DNA of 64,000 nucleotides from NCBI GenBank assembly GCA_049303575.1, contig JBAQNH010000002.1, positions 83,984 through 147,983 of the forward strand, given 5' to 3'. Origin of the DNA: Microgenomates group bacterium. Lineage in GTDB: Bacteria; Patescibacteriota; Microgenomatia; UBA1400; MFAQ01. The notes below the pieces were generated by a model. It saw only the letters and a program-made list of their open reading frames with translations, was not told the DNA's origin and searched no databases. Below, piece by piece: positions 10,056 to 20,170 of the stretch. Every line of letters begins with the position of its first letter. Position 1 is the stretch's first letter. Made by a program: the position numbers and the translations under genes.

Positions 10056-10691
10056 TTAATCAATAAAAGCTTTCTCTCCACTTCCGTCGTCTACCACCGG
10101 CACACTATCTTGTTTATGATTATCTAAAACTTCATCAAACTCTTCCAAATACTTCAGCACCATTTCCGGAGTTGTCGCAATTCTATAAACTCGAAGAGCT
10201 CCCGGTCTTGCCCCTATCAACATATTTTTTACCAAAGATTCCACAATTGGGAACCAAAAATCACCATACAAAATCAAAGGTTTGTGGTGTCCAAAATAAA
10301 GATAGGCCAAACCCCAAGCCATTCCGAACTCCGACAAAGTTCCCGTCCCTCCGTTAAAAATCACATAAGCATTTCCTAGCTCCAGAAGTTTCATCGTTCG
10401 ATCTACATAGTTATTCATGATTACTTCCCGATCCGCCTTATTCTGTTGATCTTTTCCTTCAAAATTTTCAATAAATTTTGGGTAGAACGTTGCTACCGTC
10501 GCCGTGCCGCCACCCTCATGTGCCCCCTCCGTCGCCGCTCTCATCACTCCCGGTCCTCCTCCATTTACAATTTCCAATCCCTTCTGCGCCAACAAACGCG
10601 TCACCTCCAAAACTTCCTTGTAAAGAGGGCTCTCCGGTGGACAGCCTGCAAAACCAAAAACTGTAATTGCTTTTATATTTTTAAATGCCAT
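10056..10691 (-). CDS. LOG-family protein (cytokinin riboside 5'-monophosphate phosphoribohydrolase-like, TIGR00730)
   Basis: ITVFGFAGCP..IVNGGGPGVMRAATEGA..GGTGTLSEF match the LOG Rossmann signature PGGxGTxxE. Confidence 0.7.
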   Translation of the reverse strand: MAFKNIKAITVFGFAGCPPESPLYKEVLEVTRLLAQKGLEIVNGGGPGVMRAATEGAHEGGGTATVATFYPKFIENFEGKDQQNKADREVIMNNYVDRTMKLLELGNAYVIFNGGTGTLSEFGMAWGLAYLYFGHHKPLILYGDFWFPIVESLVKNMLIGARPGALRVYRIATTPEMVLKYLEEFDEVLDNHKQDSVPVVDDGSGEKAFID

Positions 10692-10700
10692 ATATTATCT

Positions 10701-11336
10701 TCACACATTTTCTAATTTTCGATAAACTGTCTCCGGATCCTCGGCAGACAGCAACTCACTTCCAACTGCAAACTCCATTTTTTCTCCTCCTACCTCCAAA
10801 CACTTCTTTATTGTTTCTTCATTCAAACCGCCATCAATTATTATTGTCACCGAAGGCGATAGTTCTCTCACTTTTTTTATTTTTTCCAATACGGCATCGT
10901 TAAACTCTTGTCCCTGAGCTCCAGCCTTCACGCTTAATAACAAAATTGAATCTACCAAGTTTACCCACTCATCCAGCCCCGTCAGTGGTGTCTCTAAATC
11001 AAAAGCCAGTCCCGTTTTCATTCCCGCCTCTTCCGCTTTTGTAATAAAGTCCAACTTATTTGTCATTTTTTCTACCTGTCCATACACCGCCGTTACCCCA
11101 GCCGCTACACATCTCTCCACCCACTCTTCCGGTTCGACAACCATCAAGTGTGCTTCTATCTCTGCCATTGTTTCTATCGTCAGCAATACCTCGGGCATCA
11201 CCGTTTCCACTGGAGCAAATTTTCCATCAATGATATCCATCTGCACTCTCCCCGCAAAACTCTCCACCTTTGTCAAATCCTCCTCAAACTTACTTATATC
11301 CTTGGCCAAAATTGTCGGTACTACTTTATTCATCAA
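10701..11336 (-). CDS. rpe: ribulose-phosphate 3-epimerase
   Basis: PTILAKD..MDIIDGKFAPVET..HLMV..IDGGL pattern is typical of Rpe TIM barrels. Confidence 0.7.
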   Translation of the reverse strand: MMNKVVPTILAKDISKFEEDLTKVESFAGRVQMDIIDGKFAPVETVMPEVLLTIETMAEIEAHLMVVEPEEWVERCVAAGVTAVYGQVEKMTNKLDFITKAEEAGMKTGLAFDLETPLTGLDEWVNLVDSILLLSVKAGAQGQEFNDAVLEKIKKVRELSPSVTIIIDGGLNEETIKKCLEVGGEKMEFAVGSELLSAEDPETVYRKLENV

Positions 11337-11770
11337 AGTAAATTATCTAGCTTCATAACGCGTCTTTTATAGTTTTCTCCGTCGGCGAACTTCTCTGTCA
11401 AAAATATCTTGATCATTCTCTCCACCAAAACCTCATCCACATAATCTGCCGGCACGGATAAGCAATTAATATCGTCGTCGGTCCTCCCTTTAGCCACTGC
11501 TTCTTCTCCAAAAGCCAGTCCACACCTTACTCCTACAAATCTATTTGCCGCAATCATCATTCCAAATCCATTTCTGCAAAATAAAATTATTCTGTCATCG
11601 CTCGAAACCGCTTCCTTAACCGCCGCCTTGGCATAGTCTACATAATCGTCATCTGGAGCCAAAGAAGTCGCGCCCACATCAACCACCTCATATCCTTCAT
11701 TTAAGAGCCAAGCTCCAATTTTTTCCTTCAATTGAAAACCTCCATGATCAGAACCAAGTATTACGTGCAT
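11333..11770 (-). CDS. rpiB: ribose-5-phosphate isomerase B (RpiB/LacAB family)
   Basis: MHVILGSDHGGFQLKE and FCRNGFGMMIAANRFVGVRC are characteristic of RpiB. Confidence 0.8.
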   Translation of the reverse strand: MHVILGSDHGGFQLKEKIGAWLLNEGYEVVDVGATSLAPDDDYVDYAKAAVKEAVSSDDRIILFCRNGFGMMIAANRFVGVRCGLAFGEEAVAKGRTDDDINCLSVPADYVDEVLVERMIKIFLTEKFADGENYKRRVMKLDNLL

Positions 11771-11782
11771 ATATACAATATA

Positions 11783-12082
11783 TCAAAATCCAAACTCGGC
11801 CTTCAGTTCATCGCTCATCATGTCCTTGCTCCAGGGTGGATCCCACACCAGTTCTACCGTTAATTCTTTTACCTCAGGCACCTCCTTCAGTGCGTTCTTA
11901 ATTTTTTTGTCGATTACTGGTGCCAAAGGACACCCGGGAGAAGTCAGAGTCATTTCTACTTCGGCAACACCTCCTTCATACCGAACATCATAAATAAGTC
12001 CCAAATCCACAATCGAAACCCCAAGTTCCGGATCAATTACATCTTTCAGTGCCTCTCTGATTTTGTCTTCAACCATTTTCAT
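11783..12082 (-). CDS. DUF59/MIP18-family Fe-S cluster assembly protein (SufT-like)
   Basis: IDPELGVSIVDLGLIY..TLTSPGCPLAPVI is the DUF59 signature with its conserved Cys. Confidence 0.6.
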   Translation of the reverse strand: MKMVEDKIREALKDVIDPELGVSIVDLGLIYDVRYEGGVAEVEMTLTSPGCPLAPVIDKKIKNALKEVPEVKELTVELVWDPPWSKDMMSDELKAEFGF

Positions 12083-12273
12083 TTTTTCATTCTAAACTCT
12101 GCCTCAATTAAGACAAACACTCCCCAAATTGCCGCCGTCAAACCCACCAACATCCACTGAGTACTGGCAAGCCACAGATCAGTTCCCAGAGCTCCAATAA
12201 AGGCCAAAATTACACTCACTATTGAAAAATATATTAGTGCTTTTCCAATAGCCAATTTATCTTTACTTCTCAT
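12079..12273 (-). CDS. small hypothetical membrane protein; start trimmed to an internal Met forming an ATGA overlap
   Basis: Two hydrophobic helices. The long ORF track version (to 12303) overlaps the upstream ferredoxin gene. Confidence 0.3.
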   Translation of the reverse strand: MRSKDKLAIGKALIYFSIVSVILAFIGALGTDLWLASTQWMLVGLTAAIWGVFVLIEAEFRMKK

Positions 12274-12515
12274 ATTTTCACCTCCAATCTTGTTTCCGGC
12301 CACACTGTTTCTCCAGTTGCCGTATTAATAACTTTTATCGCCATATTTGGACAAGCCTGAGCGGCAAGCATTTTTTCCTCATCACTATTTCCATCCTGAT
12401 CAATCAACTCTGCCTTGTTGTCACTTCCCATTCTAAAAGTCAAACTGGCTAAATTTACACAGGACCTGGCACCGATACATTTATTCTTATCAATCACCAC
12501 CCTGAACTTCGTCAT
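12270..12515 (-). CDS. small ferredoxin-like Fe-S protein; start chosen at the internal Met (MTKFRVVIDKNKC)
   Basis: CIGARSC..AAQACP cysteine pattern resembles mono-cluster ferredoxins. The longer track ORF would overlap the FNR-like gene. Confidence 0.5.
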   Translation of the reverse strand: MTKFRVVIDKNKCIGARSCVNLASLTFRMGSDNKAELIDQDGNSDEEKMLAAQACPNMAIKVINTATGETVWPETRLEVKI

Positions 12516-12546
12516 CACCGGTTCATCATTCATTATCATCAGTTTA

Positions 12547-13254
12547 TCATGCGAATCGCTCATAAAAGATTTGTTCCTCGGGCACACCCATATCCATTAA
12601 CTTTTTTCTCATCTCCATTACCATCTCCGGATTCCCACACAAATAGGCACTCGTTTCTTTTCCTTCAATCTTTATTTTGTCTATTACATCACCCACATGC
12701 CCCTGTACCCCAGGCCATTTTTCCCCCGGATGAGACAAGGTAATATCCAAATGAAAATTATCATACTCTCTCTGTAATTTATCGAGTTCCGCCAACCAGT
12801 AAAGATCTTTTTCAAACCTCATCCCCCAGATTAAATGTGTCCGTCCTCGGAATCCTTTGTTTATCAACAAATCTTCAATCATCGGCTTCAAAGGAGCAGC
12901 TCCAGCTCCGGTCCCTACAAACAATAATTCTTTCTGCGTTGATAGTGTGTCATCTCCTACTACAAACTTACCCAAAAATCCCAACACTTCCACCACATCA
13001 CCCACCTTAAGTCCCAAAACATATTTTGATCCCACTCCCATTGGTGCCACATCCACCACCAGTTCAATATTTTTCTTGTTTGGCAAACTAGCTACTGAGT
13101 ATGACCTTCGCAAACCTTCTTCACTTACTTTCAAACTTACAAACTGTCCGGGAATAAAATCTACTTTTTCTTCTAATTCAATTCCCAGTATCCAGGTGTC
13201 ACCTGCCAAATTAGTCTTATAAATCACCCTACCCGGCATCTTCTTTGCACTCAT
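12547..13254 (-). CDS. FAD/NAD(P)-binding oxidoreductase of the ferredoxin-NADP reductase family
   Basis: RSYSVAS matches the RxYS FAD motif and GTGAGAAPLKPM matches the GTGxAP NAD(P) motif. No Fe-S domain is present. Confidence 0.65.
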   Translation of the reverse strand: MSAKKMPGRVIYKTNLAGDTWILGIELEEKVDFIPGQFVSLKVSEEGLRRSYSVASLPNKKNIELVVDVAPMGVGSKYVLGLKVGDVVEVLGFLGKFVVGDDTLSTQKELLFVGTGAGAAPLKPMIEDLLINKGFRGRTHLIWGMRFEKDLYWLAELDKLQREYDNFHLDITLSHPGEKWPGVQGHVGDVIDKIKIEGKETSAYLCGNPEMVMEMRKKLMDMGVPEEQIFYERFA

Positions 13255-13270
13255 ATTTCAATCATAATCC

Positions 13271-13960
13271 TTATTTAACTCCAATCCAAACTCCCACCAA
13301 AATTAAGGCCACTCCTAAAATAAATCTCATCCATTTGGTATTTTTATGTTCCCATTCTTTCATATTCACAATTTGTTTTCCTCCTGCCATCACCAGCAAA
13401 ATAACAATTAGTGGCAAAATAAATATCAAGTTGTAATAAAGGAAAAATCCTAATACTTTTGCCATACCCAATCCTGATCTCGCAATTACTGCCGTTGTTC
13501 CGATATAGAGAGGCAGCATGCAGGGAGTTGAAAACACCGTTGTTAAAAAACCAATTAAGGCGGTCACTCCAAAACCGGCTTTGGCCATCAATTTAGTCAC
13601 TTTTTCAAAACCTTTCATACTCATTCGTAAATGAATCGGCATGTCGGGGAAAAATACATCCTTTAGTTGAATTAATCCGGCAATTGCCAAGGCTCCCCCA
13701 ACGATGTACTTAAATACACTCGCCAGCCACCAGCGTTGGATATAAAATGCCACTCCATAAAACAACAATCCGGTCAAAAGATAGGTTACAAAAACAGCCA
13801 AAATATATACTACTCCTGTTTTTATTATCCAGTTTCTATCCTTTCCCTTTCCCCCAAAGACAATGAGATAACCCAAAAAGGTAATCATCATTCCGATTCC
13901 ACATGGATTTAATCCGTTGGTTAAAGCGGCTGCCGTGAGTAGTGGAATACTAATTCCCAT
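13271..13960 (-). CDS. ccdA: CcdA/DsbD-family thiol-disulfide transporter transmembrane protein
   Basis: Polytopic protein with the paired motifs NPCGIG and STPCMLP that define the DsbD/CcdA core. Confidence 0.7.
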   Translation of the reverse strand: MGISIPLLTAAALTNGLNPCGIGMMITFLGYLIVFGGKGKDRNWIIKTGVVYILAVFVTYLLTGLLFYGVAFYIQRWWLASVFKYIVGGALAIAGLIQLKDVFFPDMPIHLRMSMKGFEKVTKLMAKAGFGVTALIGFLTTVFSTPCMLPLYIGTTAVIARSGLGMAKVLGFFLYYNLIFILPLIVILLVMAGGKQIVNMKEWEHKNTKWMRFILGVALILVGVWIGVK

Positions 13961-14595
13961 TATTTGTTTTTAAGTAATTCCGTAACTTTGTTCATCACAA
14001 AATCCACCGCCACTTGTTCCCCATTTACATAGATAGTCGGCGTTCCTGAAAGTCGCAAACTGTTACCCAAACTAATATCCTGTTGCACCACCGCCGCTAC
14101 TTCTGCCGAATTAAGTTTTTCTTTAAATGTTTTTTCGTCCAGTTCCAATCTCTTGGCGTATTCCACTAACATTTCTTCAATCTTTGTCTCACCCGTCCAC
14201 TCTTCCTGTGTTTCAAAAAGTAAATCTATCATTTCAAATCCCTTACCCATCATCCGAGCCGCTTCTACCGCTCTGGCTGTAATTATTGAATTTTTGTGAA
14301 TTCCTAATGGAAAATGTCTAAATACTACTTTTACTCCCGGAATATTGTCACTGTATAAACTCCCGATTAAAGCATGTGCTCTTTTACAGGCGGGGCACTC
14401 CATGTCGGAAAAATTGACTACCGTCACCACTGTTTCCCCGTTCTCTTTAACTAACTTTGCTCCGTCCAATAATATATTTTGATCTATCGCAAGGTTTGTT
14501 TGTGTACCACTCATTTTCGACAATCCAAAAATTATCACCATCATCAAGACAGTACTTCCTAGTACTATTTTTAGTATTAATTTCCAGTCATTCAT
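13960..14595 (-). CDS. membrane-anchored thioredoxin-fold thiol:disulfide oxidoreductase (DsbA/TlpA-like)
   Basis: N-terminal TM helix plus a CPAC (CxxC) active-site motif in a thioredoxin-like context. Confidence 0.6.
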   Translation of the reverse strand: MNDWKLILKIVLGSTVLMMVIIFGLSKMSGTQTNLAIDQNILLDGAKLVKENGETVVTVVNFSDMECPACKRAHALIGSLYSDNIPGVKVVFRHFPLGIHKNSIITARAVEAARMMGKGFEMIDLLFETQEEWTGETKIEEMLVEYAKRLELDEKTFKEKLNSAEVAAVVQQDISLGNSLRLSGTPTIYVNGEQVAVDFVMNKVTELLKNK

Positions 14596-14599
14596 TGTT

Positions 14600-14956
14600 T
14601 TAATTAAACACTTTTAATAATCCTCGAAATGCCAGTGTAGCACACTTCATTCTACCTGCATTTATCTCCCCTCCGAGCATCTGTACTACTCCTTCTTCTC
14701 CAAACTTTTCCAAATCTGTTTTGCTCATGCCCACCACTTTTTCGGAAATCATCGAAGCTCCTGCTGTTGAAATCGCGCACCCAATTCCCTGCCACTTCAT
14801 CTCCGTAATTTTTCCATTGTTAATCTTCACAAAGATTTTAATCAGGTCTCCACAAGAAGAGTTCGCTTCATCCACTATTTTATTGGCTCCAGGAAGTTCT
14901 CCCATATTCCTCGGGTTCTTATAGTGATCAATAATTATTTCTCGATACTCTGACAT
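14600..14956 (-). CDS. sufU: SUF-system Fe-S scaffold protein SufU/NifU-like
   Basis: HYKNPRNMG..SCGDLIKIF..GIGCAIS conserved cysteines and motif order match SufU/IscU. Confidence 0.8.
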   Translation of the reverse strand: MSEYREIIIDHYKNPRNMGELPGANKIVDEANSSCGDLIKIFVKINNGKITEMKWQGIGCAISTAGASMISEKVVGMSKTDLEKFGEEGVVQMLGGEINAGRMKCATLAFRGLLKVFN

Positions 14957-16237
14957 TTATGCAAATACTTTTGGTACTTCTCTAATTTTATCGACCATAT
15001 AATCGATTTCCTCTTTGGTGTTGTAAAGATAAAAGGTCGCTCTTACCATCGCCGTCACTCCAAAACTAGTCACCAAAGGAGCTGCACAGTGTTGACCTGA
15101 ACGCACCGCAATACCAAAGCTATCTAATATCTGTGCCGTGTCGTGAGCATGTACTCCAACAACATTAAAGGGAATAGCTCCTCCACGAGTCTCCGCTTCC
15201 GGTCCATAAAGTATCACCAGACCTTCTTTCTCCAAACCTCTCATTTTTTTCAGAGCATACTCTAAGACTTCTTTTTCGTGTTTGTGGATATTTTCCATTC
15301 CGACAAACTCCAAATACTTTACCGCCGCACCCAATCCTACAATTCCGGCAATATCCGGCGTCCCGGCTTCAAACTTGGTTGGTAATTCTGCCCAGGTAGC
15401 CCCAGTTAGTTTTACTTCCCCAATCATATCTCCACCAAAAAGAAATGGTTTCATCTTTTTTAGAATCTCTTTGTTTCCCCAAAGTACCCCTATTCCCGTT
15501 GGGCCAAGCATTTTATGTCCGGAAAAAACCAAAAAATCTATTCCCAGTTTTGCAACATCTACTTTCATATGCGGCACCATCTGTGCTCCGTCAACTAAAA
15601 TCAACGCTGCTGGCGACCTTCTCCTCACTGTTCTCACAATTTCCTCGACTGGCGTTTCTGTTCCCAGGACATTCGACTGTCCTGTAAATGTCACCATTTT
15701 TACCTTATCGTCCAACAAATCACTCCAACCACCAACAACTACTTTTAGCCCATTCTCTTCCATCGTTTCTATTTTCTTAGTCTTTTCCAACTCCCCTTTT
15801 TCGTTTACATCCACCACTCGAAGTTGCGCACCTTTTTTTCTACACAGTTCCTGCCACGGAATCATATTTGAGTGATGCTCCAACTTGGTGATAACTACCG
15901 CGTCACCCTTGTGAACATTTTCCTCACCCCAAGAATAAGCTACCAAATTGATACTTTCTGTCGCGTTCCTGGTAAAGATTATTTCTTCTGCTTTCGCCCC
16001 AATAAACTTGGCCACTTTTGCTCTCGTCTCATCGACTAGGCGCGTCGACTCAACCGACATCTCATACACTCCTCGGTGAATATTGGCATTTGTCTCACGG
16101 TAATACTTGTTCATAGCCTCGATTACTGCTTCTGGTTTCTGGCTGGTTGCTCCGGAATCAAAATAGACCAAATTATAACCATGGATTTTCCGCTTTAAGA
16201 TAGGGAAGTCTTCTCTGATTTTGTTTACGTCAAACAT
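14957..16237 (-). CDS. sufS: cysteine desulfurase SufS (PLP-dependent)
   Basis: SGHKMLGPTGIGVLWG carries the PLP-lysine. RSGQHCAAPL carries the active-site Cys. Confidence 0.9.
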   Translation of the reverse strand: MFDVNKIREDFPILKRKIHGYNLVYFDSGATSQKPEAVIEAMNKYYRETNANIHRGVYEMSVESTRLVDETRAKVAKFIGAKAEEIIFTRNATESINLVAYSWGEENVHKGDAVVITKLEHHSNMIPWQELCRKKGAQLRVVDVNEKGELEKTKKIETMEENGLKVVVGGWSDLLDDKVKMVTFTGQSNVLGTETPVEEIVRTVRRRSPAALILVDGAQMVPHMKVDVAKLGIDFLVFSGHKMLGPTGIGVLWGNKEILKKMKPFLFGGDMIGEVKLTGATWAELPTKFEAGTPDIAGIVGLGAAVKYLEFVGMENIHKHEKEVLEYALKKMRGLEKEGLVILYGPEAETRGGAIPFNVVGVHAHDTAQILDSFGIAVRSGQHCAAPLVTSFGVTAMVRATFYLYNTKEEIDYMVDKIREVPKVFA

Positions 16238-16245
16238 ACTTTATT

Positions 16246-16710
16246 TTAATCGAAATTAATAAAACCATTAATAATAATGTTTTTTGCTTTTATTTCTTCA
16301 ATTCCTCTGGACCTCAAATAAAACAACTGTTCATCATCAATCTTCCCCACGCTTGCCGAGTGACTGGCTTTTACTCTGTTGGCCTCAATCTCCAGTTCCG
16401 GCTCCGCCGTCGCCCCAGACTTTTTATCCAAAAGCAATATTTTCATTGCTAAAAAACTATCTGTATTTTGTGCCTGTTTCTCTATTTTTACCAGCCCTTT
16501 AACCGCTATTCTCGCCCCATTTTCCGCCACCCCTTTTATTACCACTCTTCCAAAAGTATTCGGCACCGTATGGGAAATTATCAAGTTTAATTCATACTCT
16601 CCGGACTCTCTGGCATCGATTATTCCCAACCACTCCAATCTTTTCCCCTCTCTATCTAAAGAAAGTTTGATTTCGTGTTTTCCTGGTTTGGTAATCCTTA
16701 AGTTTTCCAT
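16246..16710 (-). CDS. sufD: short SufD-like Fe-S assembly protein (C-terminal beta-helix portion only)
   Basis: Homologous to the SufB/SufD C-terminal core (compare LFYLRSRG with LLYLMSRG in SufB). Position between sufB and sufS. Confidence 0.5.
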   Translation of the reverse strand: MENLRITKPGKHEIKLSLDREGKRLEWLGIIDARESGEYELNLIISHTVPNTFGRVVIKGVAENGARIAVKGLVKIEKQAQNTDSFLAMKILLLDKKSGATAEPELEIEANRVKASHSASVGKIDDEQLFYLRSRGIEEIKAKNIIINGFINFD

Positions 16711-16716
16711 ATATTT

Positions 16717-18144
16717 TTAACCGACACTCCCTTCCATTTCTAACCCTACCAGTCTATTCATTTCCACGGCATATTCCATGGGTACTTCTTTCATTACTGG
16801 TTCTAAAAAGCCATTAACTACCATTGCCTCCGCTTCGTGTTCCGCTAAACCTCTACTCATTAGATATAGTAGTTGTTCTTCGCTCACTCGACTAACTACT
16901 GCCTCATGCTCCAAAATCACATCTTCTTCAAATATTTTGTTTGTTGGATACGTATCGCTTCTGCTTTTTTCGTCAAGAATCAAGGCATCGCATACCACCT
17001 TAGATCGTGATCCATAAGCTCCTTTATTTATCCGCACCATTCCTCGATATGTCGCTCTTCCTCCGTTTTTACTGATTGATTTACTGATTATCTGTGAAGT
17101 TGTGTTCGGAGCCAAATGAATCATCTTTGCTCCGGTGTCTTGATGTTGGCCTTTTCCGGCCCAAGCAATCGAGAGCATCTCGGCACGTGCTCCCTCTCCC
17201 GCCAATACACATGAGGGATACTTCATCGTCAGAGCCGAACCCAAATTTCCATCCACCCATCTCATTTCTCCCTTTTCTTCCACCCAAGCTCTTTTGGTCA
17301 CCAGGTTATAAATATTTTTGTACCAATTTTGTACGGTGGTGTACTGTACTCTTGCCTTTTTCTTCACAATTACTTCCACCACAGCGGCATGTAGCGATGC
17401 CGATGAAAACGAAGGCGCCGAACAACCCTCAATATAGTGCACGTTTGCCCCTTCTTCGGCAATAATTAAAGTTCTTTCAAACTGTCCCGCACTCTCGCTA
17501 TTAATTCTAAAATACGCCTGCAAGGGCAAACCTACATTCACACCCTCAGGGACATAAACAAATGAGCCTCCACTCCACACCGCCGTATTCAAAGCTGCCA
17601 GCTTGTTGTCTCCCATTGGCACAATTGTGCCAAAGTATTTTTTCACAATTTCTGGATAAAGTTTTAATGCTTCGTCCATTGACAAGAAGAGTACTCCTTT
17701 TGCCGAAAGGGTTTTCCTCAAAGATCCATAAACCACTTCCGAATCATACTGTCCCTTTACCCCAGCAAGCATCTCTCGTTCGGCTTGAGGCACTCCAATT
17801 TTTTCAAAAGTTTCCTTTACCGAAACTGGCACATCTTTCCAAGATTTTTTTCCAATTACGGCAGGCTTTAAATAATAATAAATATCTTCAAAATGAATTG
17901 GTGCCATATCTCCACCCCAGGTAGGAATCGGTTTAGACAAATACACTTTGTAAGCCGCCAATCTATTCTGCAGCATCCATTCTGGCTCTTCTTTCATTGC
18001 CGAAATCTCACGAATTAATTTTTCGTCCAAACCCCTTTCCCCTTTATATGAATAAGCAATATCGTCTGCCTTTCCTAATTTATATGACTCATCAAACTCC
18101 TTAACTATTACTTCTGGTTTAAAATCCTTCTTAGCGTATCGCAT
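16717..18144 (-). CDS. sufB: Fe-S cluster assembly protein SufB
   Basis: Length and motifs (..[27 protein letters not shown]..) are typical of SufB. Confidence 0.85.
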   Translation of the reverse strand: MRYAKKDFKPEVIVKEFDESYKLGKADDIAYSYKGERGLDEKLIREISAMKEEPEWMLQNRLAAYKVYLSKPIPTWGGDMAPIHFEDIYYYLKPAVIGKKSWKDVPVSVKETFEKIGVPQAEREMLAGVKGQYDSEVVYGSLRKTLSAKGVLFLSMDEALKLYPEIVKKYFGTIVPMGDNKLAALNTAVWSGGSFVYVPEGVNVGLPLQAYFRINSESAGQFERTLIIAEEGANVHYIEGCSAPSFSSASLHAAVVEVIVKKKARVQYTTVQNWYKNIYNLVTKRAWVEEKGEMRWVDGNLGSALTMKYPSCVLAGEGARAEMLSIAWAGKGQHQDTGAKMIHLAPNTTSQIISKSISKNGGRATYRGMVRINKGAYGSRSKVVCDALILDEKSRSDTYPTNKIFEEDVILEHEAVVSRVSEEQLLYLMSRGLAEHEAEAMVVNGFLEPVMKEVPMEYAVEMNRLVGLEMEGSVG

Positions 18145-18149
18145 TTTAT

Positions 18150-18872
18150 TTATCGATACCCTGTTTTTTCTAATCGCTCGACTATTTCTTTTCCTCCCTG
18201 TTCCACAATAACTCCATCTTTCATCACCGCCACGACATCTGGAGTCAAGTAATTCAAAATTCTCTGGTAGTGAGTAATCACCAAAACGCTCATTTTTTGT
18301 TCTTTAACCATCTCTGCCACATTCTGGGCAATTATGGCCAAAGCATCAATATCGAGCCCCGAATCAATCTCGTCCATTATTAACAACTTTGGTCTTAACA
18401 CTCTCATTTGCAGAATCTCCATTTTCTTTTTCTCTCCGCCACTGAAACCTTCATTCAAACCACGAGCCAACAAATCAGGACTTAAGTGCAGCTTTCCTGC
18501 CTCTTTCTCTACCGTTTTTTTAAGATCCAGTGCCGACACTGTTACCTCTTTGTTTTTAGCGCGCAACGCAGAAAGAAGCATCTCCCGCACTGTCACTCCA
18601 GGAATAGCCACAGGATATTGAAAGGCCAAATAAATTCCTCTGTTGGCTCGCTCATCAGGAGTAAGTGTTGCCAGATCCTTACCCTCAAAAGTAATTTTTC
18701 CCTCTGTCACTTCATATTTTGGATTCCCGATAATCACCGAGGCCAAGCTCGATTTTCCCGATCCGTTAGGACCCATCAGAGCCACCACTTCTCCTTCATT
18801 TACTAATAAATCAACTCCATTGAGAATTTCTTTTTCTTCAACATTTACCTTAAGATTTTCTATTTTCAACAT
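18150..18872 (-). CDS. sufC: Fe-S cluster assembly ATPase SufC
   Basis: Walker [13 protein letters not shown] signature FSGGEKKK, Walker [13 protein letters not shown]. Confidence 0.9.
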   Translation of the reverse strand: MLKIENLKVNVEEKEILNGVDLLVNEGEVVALMGPNGSGKSSLASVIIGNPKYEVTEGKITFEGKDLATLTPDERANRGIYLAFQYPVAIPGVTVREMLLSALRAKNKEVTVSALDLKKTVEKEAGKLHLSPDLLARGLNEGFSGGEKKKMEILQMRVLRPKLLIMDEIDSGLDIDALAIIAQNVAEMVKEQKMSVLVITHYQRILNYLTPDVVAVMKDGVIVEQGGKEIVERLEKTGYR

Positions 18873-18873
18873 T

Positions 18874-19260
18874 TTATTTGGCTAAATCTTCTAAAGTATA
18901 TTTTTCCAGTAGTCCATTAATATCCTCGGTCAACTTGTCCATAAAACCTATCTGGCCACAACCACCTTCCATTGGACATCCGTCGCACGTCACTGGCTCA
19001 ACCTCTCCCTCAATTGCCTCTAACGCTTCGCGTATCTGAATTTCTTTTGGTTCATAGTTCAGTCCATATCCACCACCCCTACCTTCTCTACTATTTAGAA
19101 TCCCGTTTTCTACCAAAGAAGCTGCAATCTTGCTCATAAAAGCCCTGGGCATACCCATCTCCGACAGCTCCTTCAAATTGATACGTCCCTTTCGGCCTCG
19201 TAAAGCCAAAACAGAAAGCATTGATAGGCCATAATCGGCCTTTTTAGTAAGAGTAAACAT
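18874..19260 (-). CDS. Rrf2-family transcriptional regulator (IscR/SufR-like)
   Basis: N-terminal MFTLTKKADYGLSMLSVLA winged-helix signature. Three Cys in the C-terminal region. Position upstream of the suf genes. Confidence 0.75.
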   Translation of the reverse strand: MFTLTKKADYGLSMLSVLALRGRKGRINLKELSEMGMPRAFMSKIAASLVENGILNSREGRGGGYGLNYEPKEIQIREALEAIEGEVEPVTCDGCPMEGGCGQIGFMDKLTEDINGLLEKYTLEDLAK

Positions 19261-19301
19261 ATACTTGGACTATTATACTCCAAGTAACCTCATTCAGCCA
19301 C

Positions 19302-20135
19302 CTATTTCTTGGATACCGCACCCTCAATCTGCTCCCAGTCACGCACCTTACGGATTTTCAAATTCTTTTTCCAGGCAGTCTCAATTACTGACAACTCTAC
19401 CCCCAACTCGCGAGCTAGACCCAATAAAGCCACCGTATCTTTGGGAAAACACTTTCCACCAAAACCTCTTTGGGTTGTAATGTCCAGATGTGAGTCATAA
19501 ATACGTTTGTCTGCCACCACCATCTTTTTCATTTCCCCATAATTCACCCCCAATTTCTCACACAGGTCAAACATCTCGTTGGCAAAAATAACTTTCGTGG
19601 CTAGGTAGGTGTTGGCCATATACTTCACTACTTCAGCCGTTGTCGGATCAGTCTCAAAAATCGGCGTCTTAGGAAAAGTTGCTCGATAAAGATCCACTAC
19701 CCACTGTTTTACTTCATTGTTGTCTGCGCCCACCACGACTCTGTCTGCATTCACAAAATCCATTAAGTAGTTTGCCTCAGTCAAAAACTCTGGGTTAAAG
19801 GCCATTCTCGGATACTTCATTTTTTTCATCAATCTTCTCGTTGTTCCGGGAACAATCGTCGACTTCAACACGATAATTGGTTCAACCTTATTTTTTCTGG
19901 CAATTTTTACTATTTCCGCCGTTATATCCTCCACAATTGATAAATCAATTTTTTTGTACTCTTTAGTCATTGGCGTTGGCACACCCACAAAAATGACTTC
20001 CGACTTCTTTACTACTTCCTCCAGAGGTAACTTCGGCAAAAACTTATCGTAAATATAAATCTCGTTTCCTTCCTTAAATCCATACTCTACTGCTTTACCT
20101 ACGAACCCGTATCCTACAATTCCGATTTTGTACAT
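19302..20135 (-). CDS. nucleotide-sugar dehydrogenase (UDP-glucose/GDP-mannose dehydrogenase family), short form
   Basis: N-terminal KIGIVGYGFVGKA Rossmann motif. GGKCFPKD matches the catalytic-Cys motif GGxCxPKD. Confidence 0.6.
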   Translation of the reverse strand: MYKIGIVGYGFVGKAVEYGFKEGNEIYIYDKFLPKLPLEEVVKKSEVIFVGVPTPMTKEYKKIDLSIVEDITAEIVKIARKNKVEPIIVLKSTIVPGTTRRLMKKMKYPRMAFNPEFLTEANYLMDFVNADRVVVGADNNEVKQWVVDLYRATFPKTPIFETDPTTAEVVKYMANTYLATKVIFANEMFDLCEKLGVNYGEMKKMVVADKRIYDSHLDITTQRGFGGKCFPKDTVALLGLARELGVELSVIETAWKKNLKIRKVRDWEQIEGAVSKK

Positions 20136-20170
20136 ACCATTAGTGTAACACTGACAATATCCCTGTCAAG

